A program made the translations under genes and the position numbers. The notes under the pieces are model-generated. The model saw nothing but the letters and a program-made list of their open reading frames with translations. It had not been told where the DNA came from and did no database searches. From Eledone cirrhosa (taxonomy: Eukaryota), in NCBI GenBank assembly GCA_964016885.1, contig OZ024744.1, forward strand, positions 84,134,001 to 84,198,000: 64,000 nt of DNA. Reading direction: 5' to 3'. Each line of letters starts with the position of its first letter. The stretch's first letter is position 1. Of this stretch, positions 11,201 to 24,162 are shown piece by piece.

Positions 11201-13663
11201 TTGACGGGGGGACATCGTCAACAACAAGTGGTGGTTTGCTCTGAAAAGAGCAATTAGAATAGAGTCCATTAGGTTTAGTAAGGCTTTAGCAATAGAGAAA
11301 AATAGAGCAGAGGGAGAATTAGTTAGACAATTAGACGAGGCGCTTAGCAAAGGCATCGCGACCGACGTGCTTGCGGCGAAATTGGCCCTTGACCAATTCT
11401 TCAATGCAAAACACGAAGGCTGCGTTGTCAGAGCTAGGGTGCGTGCTCTCAGACACGAGGGGACGAAAGCCGTTCAATGGGCCCGAGTGGCGGAGGCGCA
11501 TCGTGGCTACAAATGATCCGAACAAGGGGGATAACATAGATAATTTTAGGCCCATAACTCTGCTAAACACAGAGTTCAAGATGTTGGCCAAGGTGTTAGC
11601 AAAGAGGTTGCGCTTGTCGTTGGTGGTCTGGTGGGAGAGGCGCAGACATGCGCCATTCCCGACAGATCCATCCACGACAACCTCCACCTCATGCGATACA
11701 TCGTAGAGAGGGTAGCTAGGGAACCTGGCACGGGTGGGTCCTTGTTCAATTTAGATCAGTCGAAAGCTTTCGATAGGGCCGACCATCGTTACCTAGCGGC
11801 AGTCCTGAGGGCGGCTGGCTTTGGCACTGTCTTCAGAGGCTGGATCGCTGCCATGCACAGCGACATCTGCTCTGTGGTGAGAGTGAACGGTCACCTTTCG
11901 GAACCGTTCAACATCATGCGCTCAGTCCGCCAAGGATGTCCCCTCTCGTCCCTCTTGTACGTATTGACTCTCGAGCCATTACTGCACAAACTGGAGACGT
12001 TGAGGGGGTTCCTGCGCGAACTAGGATGCGGAAGATCCGTGTCAGCATATGCGGACGATGTCACCGTAATGGTGTCGAACGCCAAACACATCGAGGCGAT
12101 CGGCACTACACTAAGAGAATACGAAGCAGCGACAGGAGCAATGCTCAACCAGGAAAAGTCAGTGGGCCTGCAGCTCGGCACCCGGAGAGGCAGGTCCATG
12201 CCGTCCAAAAGCGTCGTCGGGCGCAGGACGGACGGACCAGTTAAATTGCCATGGGTCTGGTTCGGTTCGGACCTCCAGACGGACAAAAACTGGGACGAGG
12301 TGACGAGCAGGGTGGCTTCTCTCACCCAGAAATGGGCCGAGAGGAAGCTATCCCTGAAAGGTCGAGCAGAGGTGGCTAACGCGTATATCGCGTCCGTCAT
12401 CTACTACCGCCTGACCGTCGTACCTTGTCCTAAGCCCCGCCTGACTGCGCTGGAGCGTCTGCTCTTTCGCTTTTTGTGGAAGGGACGCGCTCCGATGATC
12501 AGGCGGTCCATCTGCTGTAAACACCCGCTACGTGGAGGACTGGGAATGTCATGGCTGATGATGCGCAGACACGCGCTCAGGCTACGACATCTCCACCTCT
12601 TCCTCGACGGTGATCAGGTGTGGTCGCCGTTTGCTAGACACGTCTTTCCCCAACTCGTCTCCGTGACGGAGCTGCAGTCCTGGGTCAAGCGAAGACCGAG
12701 AGGGAGCGCTTAGAGACTGGAATGTCTTCAGGCGCTCACAGCCCTCGACCAATCGGGCAATGTGATCGGTGGAAACTCCACCTTGGCGTTCTATAGAGGA
12801 TTAGTGGAGGGGAAGAGCGACGACGTATTTGGGAAAACTCTAGGCATCGACGAAAATCAACTAGCCAATCTCTTCGGAAGAACTTTCGGGCCAGGACCTA
12901 TGGACAACTTCCAGAAATCCCTGGCCTGGCAGTGCTACCGAGGAGCTTTGCCAGTTCGGGATAAACTCTACAGGCATGGAGGTGCCGTCAGCCGGGCATG
13001 TCCGAGATGCGCGCAGGGCGACGAAACCGTCCTGCACGCACTCGTCCAGTGTCCGAGCATTGCTGACTTGTGGGTTTATGTCGAACACCTGCTGTCGCGT
13101 GTAGTACGGATCCAGCTATCAGCTGAGTCCATCATGAGGATTGCCCCACCCTCTTCCTTTAGCCGGGAAGGGCAGGCAGTTTTTATCTGTCTGGTGGCCA
13201 TGGCGAAAGAGATAGTATGGTGGACACGTTTGAAATGGCTGAAGACGAGCACTTACCTCTTCGGTGATGCCCTGATTAACTTTTTCAAATTTCATTTGAA
13301 AAGGAAAATCAGGGTAGAAAGGGAAGTGCTCTCTTCCCAGCATTTTGTTGAAAGATGGGTGAGAGAGGCAAGAATGGCCCGAGTGAATGGGCCTACTCTG
13401 AGTATGTGTCTGTAAATTAAAGGTGGAAAATTGGGAGAGGGCACTTGCCCTGGTGGTCAGGGTGACTGTGGCTTTTTAATGGGCTTTCTCCACCAATGTC
13501 CCTCGGAAGTCTTCCCCTATTGGGGAATTTTTTCATTGTTCCATTATTACATCCTCTGTTTCTTTTTTTTACACGCATAAATGCCCATTTGTACCGCCCT
13601 GTATTGTCCTGTACTGTCCTTAATGTCTACTTTATGTAAACCCTTGTGGTTAATAAAGAAATC
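8263..13663 (+). mobile_element. Tx1-like retrotransposon, family B copy 1 (internal deletions)
   Basis: N/S-rich ORF1 remnant (8625..10442) and ORF2 remnants with GDWNG, YTDHK, LDQSKAFD, VRQGCPLS, AYADD and CPRC..HALVQC. (ATT)n at both ends. Highly similar to 30769..36463. Confidence 0.9.
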
Positions 13664-13884
13664 ATTATTATTATTATTATTTTTAAAAGATCGGAGTTCA
13701 TATTCAGTTGATTCTCAGGTTTATTTAAAACTCCATTATACATATTTCGCTGAGGACTATCACCTATGACAACTTGAGCTCTAGACGGCAGGTCATTGAG
13801 TTCTTCTTCGTTCTGCTTCACAACCGACCGACCATAATGTGGTCCCCATATCCCTGTTCTGTTATCCACATACCCCCCCCCCCC

Positions 13885-13924
<40 letters not shown>

Positions 13925-14145
13925 AAGGAAAATGCGAAGCTTGTTGTAAGTGTTAAGGAGTCCTCTATTGATAAGGCCAACAACGATCGTGGCCACGTCT
14001 TTACTCGTAACCAATACCGTGATCTAATCAGAGAGCATCATTATGTAATAAAGTTACCTTCCCGAGGCAATCCAAGCTAAAGGGACAAAATATTGTTTTT
14101 GAAGGCTTCGTCCGTTCTCTCTCTCTCTATATATATATATATATA

Positions 14146-14448
14146 AGCACTCTGGCTAATTGACCACTCCCCAAAGAAAAAACGGCCTGTGCCATGAAGT
14201 GGTCCTGTGTATCTAAATACCATCCCACCCCCAAAAAATCCCCCCCCACATCCACCACCCCTCCCTTACCACTACCTAAATGTATAAATACCAGAACTTA
14301 ATATGACACCCAGCTTCCTGAAGATTTCATCTGAATGAAACATTACTTGTCCTGTAGAAGCTCCTTCTATAAAATAAAAAAATTTTACTCTGACATGTAT
14401 TGAGTACCTTACTTACTGTGGTTATCCCCGACTCAACCCGGGACCTAC

Positions 14449-14450
<2 letters not shown>
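14146..14450 (+). mobile_element. Penelope-like element 3' end / pseudo-LTR fragment flanked by (TA)n
   Basis: Contains a hammerhead motif preceded by TGTATAAATA. The terminal ~100 bp recurs at 17400..17497 (+) and 24163..24290 (-). Confidence 0.6.
14312..14362 (+). ncRNA. Minimal type I hammerhead ribozyme motif
   Basis: AGCTTC-CTGAAGA-(t ttca tc tgaa t)-GAAA-CA..TG-TA-GAAGCT gives a 6 bp stem I, CUGANGA/GAAA core and GUA cleavage triplet. Confidence 0.65.
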
Positions 14451-14538
<88 letters not shown>

Positions 14539-14839
14539 AAACGCAGGAGAGTGTGTTTTCATTAGAGGATATCAACCACCTCCAGCGTGAAGAGAATATA
14601 AGCTAATAGGAGAAACATAATAATTAAAAGGAAAAATTAAAATGAAAAACCTACATCATAATCTAAACAGCACCTGTACAATTTCGCCAAGAATTGGTTT
14701 CGCCGTGTTAGTGGTGACAAACTCGGCTCCTTGCTCATCACACTCTCCTGCGTTTTTCCCCTCCCTATATTGTATTCTAAAGTGCCCTTTGAGCTCATTG
14801 AATTACAGACTTACACGTGAGTTCTTTACTCCGTTATTT

Positions 14840-14931
<92 letters not shown>

Positions 14932-14941
14932 GTATATACAA

Positions 14942-16344
14942 CTAGCAGTGTATCCCGGCGATGCACGGGTAAGAACATTGGTAATAACACTTCCAATGAG
15001 AAACGTTTATGTGTGAGTGCCTATTAAAAACTCACGAAAATATATCGACAGGAAACTTGTTTTATTTGGAGAAAACTAAGAAGTTGAAAGTACAGTTTAG
15101 CTGTCTACATGCATTGTTCATAGAAATATTGTTGAGCCCCTGCTTTTCATACTCCTTCTGTGACAGTTGACCCCCCGGCGTTTCCACTCTGTTTTGGCCT
15201 ATTGCAGTAAATGTGAAACAGAAAGTCACATGTTAAGTTGGCAGAAGGTTCCAGTGTCATCGCAGTAAGGCGTAGTCTACTTACCTCAAAAGTTCATTCG
15301 CACTCTTTCTCTCTATCCTCTCGGTGCAGTCCCTTGCGAATTTATCGCGTAGGCCTGGTGTACATTTGCACCCGATCCATCTGCCCGATGCACATGTCCA
15401 CTTTGTACGGCTTTTGGAGGAAGCAGTGACCAGCAGTACGTTGTTCGGTATTATTATGAAAAGGTGTAGCAGAGAATCCCACGTGAACAAACAGCTCGGG
15501 ACGAAACTGCTTACCTCGAAGGTTCATTCGCCATCGTTCTTGTCAACGCTCCGTTTAGTTGGTATTTGTTGGTATACAGTTAGATGATTAGCGCACAAAG
15601 GATTAATGTTTATTGGCAAGAAGTTAAAGCGACCTACCATGTATCATTCTGCTTTGATGTTAGCGGTTTTCGTTATTGTCAATGGGTTTTTTGGACGGCA
15701 AATTCGAGACCCTTCTGTTTCTCTCTCAATAAACTGACTACTATGAAGACCATTCCATGTTGGCCTGCGGATGGAGATTTCAGAACGCAAAGGTGAATGT
15801 TCAGTGGTAATGGGAGTCCTATGTAGCAGCTGTAATATTGACATTGTTTACGACGTGTGCTTTCACCCTTAACAGGATCTTCTGAAACTAAAAAAATCAA
15901 TCTGTGAACGCAGAAGTGAATATTTCGAAAAGAAATTGCAGCCGAAGGAAAACAGGAAGACGATACTTTGGTTCGTGAAGACGTTCCCTGACAATGAACG
16001 GAAAATAGCGAAGAAAATACGTCATCAATGAGAACAATTTTTTTCATAATGTCGTAATGCAGTCAGCCAGACATACAGACAGATATTATAAGGGCGCGAC
16101 TTATAGCTATGTATCTATCTAAAAAGACAGACTAATCAAGAGAGAGATCGATAACCGGCGCTTAACGCGCCTTTAACAAGAGAAATTTGAAAAATAATAG
16201 CTGCAGTTAATATCTTTCGACCGTAAGGAATGTATAAATGCAAATTTGAAGTCAATCGGAGTAGAAATGTGGATTTGTATAAACTTTGAAAAACTGTGGG
16301 GACACACACATACAGACAATTTCAATTTTATATATATGTATAGA
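14942..16344 (-). mobile_element. Non-autonomous Helitron (~1.4 kb)
   Basis: On the minus strand it starts A|TC(TATACATATATATAAAATTG..GTCTGT) and ends with the hairpin CCCGTGCATCGCCGGG followed by CTAG|T. Confidence 0.75.
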
Positions 16345-16828
16345 TTATAAAATGTGGAGAAGGAACACATGAGTTGGAATATATATATATGTAAATAGAG
16401 AGCAAAAAAAAGATTATTAGGACGAAAAATATATTTTGTTCCTCTATATTTTTTCTCTATTTTCTGGGTTAGAAAATGTATAAAACAAAATATTCTACTT
16501 CGTATGAAGTGTTAAGGTATTAGATTATTTATTTATTAATTAACGATAGTATTGATTTATTTATTTATCAATTTATTTATTTAATAATTGTCAATTACCG
16601 GTTTCAGCATTTTATGCATTATCAAATTATGTGAGTGGGAGAGAAAAAAAAGGAGGAATTTTTATTGGTATAAAATGTAGGAGAGAAGATAAGGTGTTGT
16701 TGAACATGTTATTGAAATGGGAAAGAAAGAATAATATTATTTACAAACAAGGTTTTTCAAGTAAAAAAAAGGGTGATGTGGAACATGATAATGTAATGCG
16801 AAAGAAAGAATATTATTTACAGGCATTT

Positions 16829-17015
16829 AAGGGCGGTGTATTGGCAGTATCGGTAGAGGGTCGGACGCCATGCTTTCCAGCATAGTTACGTCCCTTTACG
16901 ATCTGAGTTCAAATCCCGCCGAGGTTGACTTTGCCTTTCATCCTTACAGGATCGATAAAATAAAGTACCAGTAATGCACTGGGTAATTGCTGGCCTTGTA
17001 CCTAAAGTAGAAACA
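16829..17015 (+). mobile_element. SINE S1 with 15-bp TSD
   Basis: Full-length copy with TSD ATTATTTACAGGCAT at 16812..16826 and 17016..17030. Confidence 0.92.
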
Positions 17016-17496
17016 ATTATTTACAGGCATAGTTCTTGAGGATAAGCAATTCAAAAAGTGTTATTATGGCAGGAGCGCTTAGAGAAGTTGATCCATGGTG
17101 GAGGCAAATGGTAGTCTGGGGTTGGATATGTTTTCCCTTTTTAGAGAGTTATTATGCAGGGGGGGGGGTAATTCAAGGTGGTCGGGTAGGAGAAAGAGAG
17201 GAGAGGGGGTAATTCATTTATATAAAAAAGGATTAGGTAGGGTGTTAGGGAGGTAACTCTTTAAAGAACGTAGGAATTTGGGGCTATGGTTCATTGTTCG
17301 TTCCAGTTTTATTTTAGTGCGAAGTTGAGTCCATTAAGTAGAACTAGAACGAACAATGAACCTTAGCCCAAAATTTCTACGTTCTCGACCTGCGTTCAAG
17401 ACCTGTAGAAGCCATTTCTATATTAATAATTTAAACTCTGCTACGTATTGAGTAACGTATTTACTGTGGTTGCCCCCGATTGAACCCGGGATAAAC

Positions 17497-17604
<108 letters not shown>

Positions 17605-17607
17605 GAA

Positions 17608-17635
<28 letters not shown>

Positions 17636-17638
<3 letters not shown>

Positions 17639-17869
17639 GTAATAATAATAAAATTGAAGACTAAAATCCAAAGAGGGCTCGATAAGGAAAGTATATATCA
17701 AATATATAAGAACCGTAGAGCAAATATTTATTAAAATAACAGATTAAAGTTTAAGCAAAGAATCGCTGCTTTCACCCTTAACGGGATCTTCTGAAAACTG
17801 AAATTTTCAGAAGATCCCGTTAAGGGTGAAAGCAGCGATTCTTTGTTTAAACTTTAATCTGTTATTTTA

Positions 17870-17877
<8 letters not shown>
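17636..17877. repeat. (TA)n-flanked fold-back fragment of a Penelope-like 3' end
   Basis: Near-perfect inverted repeat at 17724..17877. The same family occurs at 19020..19225, 48272..48370 and 51903..52035, and inside the Helitrons. Confidence 0.65.
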
Positions 17878-17928
<51 letters not shown>

Positions 17929-18353
17929 CAGGTATTGCACCAAGAAAAATATTAGGCAATTAGGAATTTATTTGCTTTAACATGTTTCCGTGTCAATTAT
18001 AATCGTCTACATATGCTGACTACAATATATATTATTCACTCACATGCAATACTTAATTATATACAATACTTCACCAGAAAGCCTATAATTGTGGACACAG
18101 AAACATATATTAAAGCAAATAAATCCTTAAACTTCTTTCACGATGATGTTTATATTTTCTTAGTGTAATACTTGCTTACATTAATATACTTAGTGATCTC
18201 TTCTGGAGTTATATACCATATACGCATGCTTGGATATTTATGCTATATGATTCAAAGGATACCGTCGATTTAACCCCTCTGGAAATCAGTTTTCTTTTTT
18301 AAGCAATCATTCCTGATATACATAAACACAACCTTATCTACCTTCACACACAC

Positions 18354-18419
<66 letters not shown>

Positions 18420-18603
18420 GTTTGTATTTGTAAAGCCAAAACAATGCAGGTATGGACATAGAATATAAATGAAAATGCAAAAGATAGTGTTGACTATTAG
18501 TCTTTTACCTTAAATTTATTTAAATGTCCTTAATTTTTTAGATAATATCTCTTCTTCGGAGGGAAGTAAAGCCGAGAATCATTCGGTTTCCTAGTTAGAA
18601 TTT

Positions 18604-19070
18604 TAGTCTACGACTTCAGTTATACCATTTACGTGGTTTTGTCTTTGCGTGCAATTATTCTCCTCGCTCCACATATGACGTATTATCTTCGTTTTTTTTC
18701 GTTCATTGCCAGGGAACGTCTCTATGAACCATCTAAGAGAATATTAGTCTACGACCTCTTTTATACCATAAACGTGGTTCTGTATTTGCGTGTAATTGTT
18801 TTTCACCGCTCCAAATAATTGTTTCTACGTTAGGCACAAGGCCAGCAATTACTGGTACTTTATCACCGCTCCAAATAATGACGTATTATCTTCGTTTTTT
18901 CCGTTCATTGCCAGAGAACGTCTCTATGAACCACCTAATAGAATATTAGTCTACGACTTTTTATACCATAAACGTGGTTTTGATCTGCGTGTAATTGTTT
19001 TTCACCGCTCCTATTAATGACGTATTATCTTCGTTTTTTCCCGTTCTTTGCCAGGGAATATTTCCACGAA
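18604..19070. repeat. Three tandem ~140-bp units, the second interrupted by a SINE tail
   Basis: The unit TTAGTCTACGAC..TATACCAT..CGTGGTT..GACGTATTATCTTCGTTTTTT..GAACC repeats at ~18604, ~18744 and ~18946. Confidence 0.8.
18820..18862 (-). mobile_element. 5'-truncated SINE S1 (3' tail only) with 17-bp TSD
   Basis: TCACCGCTCCAAATAAT is duplicated at 18803..18819 and 18863..18879. Confidence 0.85.
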
Positions 19071-19218
19071 CCAAAGTATCGTCTTCCTGTCTTCCTCCGG
19101 TTGCAACGTTTTTTGAAATATTCACTTCTGCGTTCACAGATTGACTTTGTTAGTTTCAGAAGATCCCGTTAAGGGTGAAAGCAGCGATTCTTTGCTTAAA
19201 CTTTAATCAGTTATTTTA

Positions 19219-19261
<43 letters not shown>

Positions 19262-19451
19262 TATAAAGAGAGAAAGAAATAGAGACAGAGAGAGATCGAG
19301 AGAGCGAGAGAGAAAGTGAGTGAGAAGTGGAGAGCTATATAGATAGAAACTTATATTTCCCTTTATTCACATAAATGTGCAAAGAGAGAAAGTTTATGTA
19401 TGAGTATGCACATACAAATTCTATGCTAACATGGCGCATACATTTTTTACA

Positions 19452-19588
<137 letters not shown>

Positions 19589-20116
19589 TAATATACACAT
19601 ATATACTTAGCAGTTCTACAAAAGGAGATCAACAAAATAAGTAACAGATTGAGAGAAAAAAGAAAGTACTGGTGTCGATAGGCTAGAGTAAAATAACTTG
19701 AAGATAGTGCTCAAACATAGGTGCAGTTCAATGACTGAAAACAGTTAAAATATCACTCAATGTCAGTGCGCCTATACTCAGTGCTATTTATGCGTGGATT
19801 TTAGTGTTATGTGCGCATGTATTTATTTGCTTTAAGTTCTTTCTGTATCATTTTTTTTTTCAAACATTATTTCTGTTGTAGAAAATGGCGTTTAAAAAAA
19901 TCAAGATTTTTCTCTGTAAGCTCTGCGAATATTTTCGATACTTATTAAATAAAGACGACTTATCTTCGTTATAGCTAAATGCATTTAACTCAGCGAATGT
20001 TCTACAATATGTTTAATCTGCAACTGTAAACAGCAATCGAGTTGAAAATGTTTATCTGACGTTCAAAATATTTCAAGTCTATCAGATTAGAAGGGAACGA
20101 CACTGACACTCTTGAT

Positions 20117-20135
20117 ATTATCATCATCATCATCA

Positions 20136-20168
<33 letters not shown>

Positions 20169-20306
20169 TCATTATCATTATCGTTCTCATCACCATCATC
20201 ATCATCATCATCATCGTCATTATCATTTTCATCATAATCATCATCATTATCACCCTCATCATCATCATCGTCATCATCACTATCATTATCATTTTCATTA
20301 TTGTCG

Positions 20307-20345
<39 letters not shown>

Positions 20346-20445
20346 ACATCATCATCATCAACATCATCATCATTATCATCACCATCGTCATCATTATCAT
20401 TATCATTATCATTTTCATCATCACCATCACCATCATCACCATCAA

Positions 20446-20489
<44 letters not shown>

Positions 20490-20612
20490 ACATCATCATC
20501 ATTATTATCAGCATCATCATCATCATCATCATTATCATTATCATTATCATTTTCATCATCACCCTCATCACCATAATTATAATCATCATTATCATCATTA
20601 TTATCACTTCCA
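20117..20612. repeat. Imperfect (CAT)n/(CAG)n microsatellite
   Basis: Direct reading. Confidence 0.95.
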
Positions 20613-20667
20613 TCGACAGCAATAGCAACATTATAACCCTCGCGTTTGTTGGAAACTGTTTATATTA

Positions 20668-20846
20668 ATTCTTTCTACTTTTAGGCACAAGGCCAGCAAT
20701 TACCCAGTGCATTACAGGTACTTTATTTTATCGACCCCGTAAGGATGAAAGGCAAAGTTAACCTCGGCTGGATTTGAACTCAGAATGGTAACGGCCGTAA
20801 CTCTATGCGTCAAAGCATGGCGTCCGACCCTCTACCGATACTGCCA
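20668..20846 (-). mobile_element. SINE S1
   Basis: Reverse-complement match to 1776..1965. It lies directly downstream of the Tx1-C (ATT)n tail. Confidence 0.9.
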
Positions 20847-20876
20847 TAATAATATCGAATGTTAGAATAATAATAA

Positions 20877-23379
20877 TTTCTTTATTGGTTACAAGGGCCA
20901 AAACATAAATGACAATACAAAAGAACAAAGATACTGGGAATTTACATAAAACGTGAGTAAAAAAAAAAGGAAAAACAGAAAATAAATGATAAATAATAAC
21001 AACAGAATTTCCTAATAAGGGGCGGAAGCATCTCCCAGATATAGATTGGGAACTCCACAGATCCGAGATCACCCTAATCGCCAAGAACACCCTAGCAGAA
21101 ACTCTCCAGCCTACAGATGTATGCTCAGAGTAGGCACATTTATATGGAACATCCTCGTTATATTCACCCAACATTTAACAAATGGAACAGCACTACCCTC
21201 TTCACGTTCCTTTCCAAGTGGATCTTGAAAACGTTGATGAGGGCTTGGCCGCCGAAAAGGAGATTGTATATATTTAGCCCTTTCTGTTGCGTCCACCACA
21301 CAGCCCCTGCTTATCTTTATCTGCGAACCTAATGAAAAACCTATCTAAATTAGATCTAGATGACACTATACGATTGCTCCATGTCCACATTGGCGTATAC
21401 GAGAAATCTTGTCGATACGTATCAGAGAGTCAGAATTATCTGATCAGGTTCTTGTGGAGGCACATGACCTAGTGGTAAGGGTGTAGGACTTATGATCATA
21501 ATGTTGTGGGCTCGTTTCCTGGGCTGGGTTGCGTTTTGTGTTCTTGAGCAAAACACTTCATTTCATTCTGGTCCAGTATACTCTGCTAGGGGTTTAGCCC
21601 TGCGATTGTTTGGCGTCCTGTCCAGTCAGAGAGCCTTGTCTTCTCGGTCGCTTCACACCATGAAACTGAGTTAAGCACCGGCCTAACGAGCCTTCTGTCT
21701 TGAGACAGACTTTAGACTTTGACTTAGGTTCTTGAAGCTTTTTCACACCCACCGCCTCTATCGGCAACCTCCTTACAGCTCCAACATGCATCTAAGATGC
21801 CGTTCCAATCCCCCGTTAACAGTAAAGGGTGAGACGTTCCAAGAAAGGCTTCCAGACGCCTGAAGAAATCTTGCTTTCACTTCGAGAAGAAAAAGGCACC
21901 GGTGACTGAAGAATCTGTCTCAGATATAGGTGAGAGTGTGTTTGTATTTATGTGAATGTTTATGCGTGTGCTTGGGTTTAGAAGAGAAAGAAAAAGAGGG
22001 AGAGGGAGAGCTTTGTTGGAAGCCACCCTGGGTGTTTTTCTCGTTATCTGTTGTTGGTGATTGTAGTGGGACTTCTGCTATGTTTTGGGTGTTGTTGCTG
22101 TTATTTCTGATGTAGGTACTGCTGCTCCGCTTGTTGACTTTGCTGTTGATGCTGCTACTACCGAGGTTTATGTTACTGTTGTTGTTGTTCACTATTTCTG
22201 TTGTCGTTGTTGTGGTTTTTAGAGTCCTGGTGTTGACAGCAATGAGGCCCTTTGTTTCTCTGCTTTTTCTTGTGTGCAGAAAGCTCTCGGGTGGCGAATT
22301 TGTCCACACAGATGGCAGCGAGGGCTTCTGCGCTCAACCATAACCTGTAGGTCTACTCCTTCCGGAAGGTGAATATGGTCTGAGATCTTGTGTACATCAT
22401 CTGGTTTGGTGTGGATTAATACTCCAACACTGATCCCAGACCAGTTTTCTCGTTCCACCTCCAGGTGGGTGTTGCATTCTTCCCGGACGATGCAGGCCAA
22501 TGTCCACGAGATATTCCCTTCTGATGGAATCCCTGAAATCTTGACCCTTAAGTCCTTCTTTCTAAACAAGATAGGTACAGCACATACTTATCACTCCGAT
22601 AGCTTCAATCTTAAAGAGCATACTGCTTGGCTCTCGCAATATGCTGAATATCAGGCATTATCTCTAGCAGCGTTCTTTCAATGTCTATCTGATTTCCTAG
22701 CTCCGACTCGTGTTCGTGTTTGTGCACATGAGTTTGTAAGTTACAGTCTTTTGGGTGTTTCTGCCAACACCTGTGGGAAGGGAGCTACGTCAGCCCATAA
22801 GTATACTACCTTTATTAGTTTGGTCACGTGGGCCAAGCATTTGTCTGTCTCTGTGATATCTCTGACAAACAGTTCGGTTCTTCTGGTAACCGTTGCTGCA
22901 AATGTAATGTTGTAATCGTTGTTGTTGCAGTGGTGGTGGTGTTGATGCTGGAAGCGGTGGTGACATTGTTCGTGTTAGTGTTGCTGTTGATTTATGATGT
23001 GTTTGTTTTATTTAGTTGTTCTTGTAGATGTGGTTTTAAAGATTTTAATAGCGGGAAGTTCGCTTCATAATTTCCCCGTGCAGAGTTGTTGTTGTTCCTG
23101 CTACTGTCGTCTTTAAACTTAGGCTGTTCAATCTTGCGGACAGCCCGCTGTTCAATTCAGCGGGTGAAATTTTGTTTTTTGCAATTTTATTTTGAAAAGA
23201 AATTGAGGAGCGGTTTTATTAAAAAACAAACACAGGTTTAATCCCTAAGGGCTAAATGGAGAGAAAAGTTAAACAGCTTGCGGAGATACTGGTTAGTTTA
23301 CCTATAAAACAAAATACGTTGGATAACAACAAACTTACGAGAGCGGTATGTAACAGGTGTCGAAAAACGTACGAACGAA
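20877..23379 (-). mobile_element. Tx1-like retrotransposon, family C, heavily deleted
   Basis: ORF1 remnant with VMVERRSPRCHLCGQIRHPRAFC knuckle, APE fragments at 21310..21880, and an ORF2 C-terminus at ~21120..21300. The 3' end is CCCTTGTAACCAATAAAGAAATT(ATT)n and the 5' end abuts (ATT)n. Confidence 0.8.
21455..21725 (+). mobile_element. tRNA-derived V-domain-like SINE (family S2) nested in Tx1-C
   Basis: tRNA-like head, TGTGTTCTTGAGCAAAACACTT, CCCTGCGAT..TGGCGTCCTGTCCAG and a GACTTT tail. Flanked by AGGTTCTTG direct repeats. A second copy lies at 58997..59290. Confidence 0.75.
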
Positions 23380-23408
23380 ATAATAATAATAATGGTGATG
23401 ACTACGAC

Positions 23409-23465
<57 letters not shown>

Positions 23466-24162
23466 AACTGGGGTGTTCTATCTGTGGGGAAGAATAGAGA
23501 ATGTAACGCCCAAATAGCTCAAAATGAGTATTAAAAAAAACATGTCAAGGTGTGCATGTACCTTCATTAGTCAATGTGCAAAAAGATGGGGTGGTACCAA
23601 CGTGACCCTGAAAGCCAAACCCAAACTACTGAGAGACATCACTATCCAACCGGGCCACAGACATGACGACAACAAAACTCATGTAATAGAGCTCAAATCA
23701 TAATATACACTATTAGGCACTAGACATAAACTCAGAGAAGGCTGTTTGCCTAAGCCCCTTGTTGTGACTCAACATGCAGTATAATATACAGTAATTGTCA
23801 TATTTATTGTGCAAACCATCAACAATTTGAAAATATATGCCCTGTTGCTAGACAATATTCTGTAGTCAAAATATGGTGAAAGCTTCTAATTCAATTTTCT
23901 AAATTTTCAATGGCCACCGTATTATATGACTCAAGTGCTGATTTGCGTATACCATTATCAACTGATAGCCACTAAATTTAAGGGAGAAAATCAGGCGGCC
24001 AGGATGGCATATTCAGCTGGGACCCTTATCCGGATAATAAACGGAGTGGTTTCGATTCCACGCGTCCTCATACCCATTTGTTTCCACTATGGTGGCTAGA
24101 CAATTTTATGTAGTCAAAATACAGGTAAAGATTATAATTCTATTCTCAATACACATATATAT

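Noticed and set aside
18604-19070. Regularly spaced repeats resembling a CRISPR array
   Set aside because: The units are ~140-bp tandem duplications without unique spacers. The context is eukaryotic and has no cas genes.
20002-20631. 209-aa poly-Met ORF and poly-Ser counterpart
   Set aside because: These are translations of a (CAT)n microsatellite that lacks stops in those frames.
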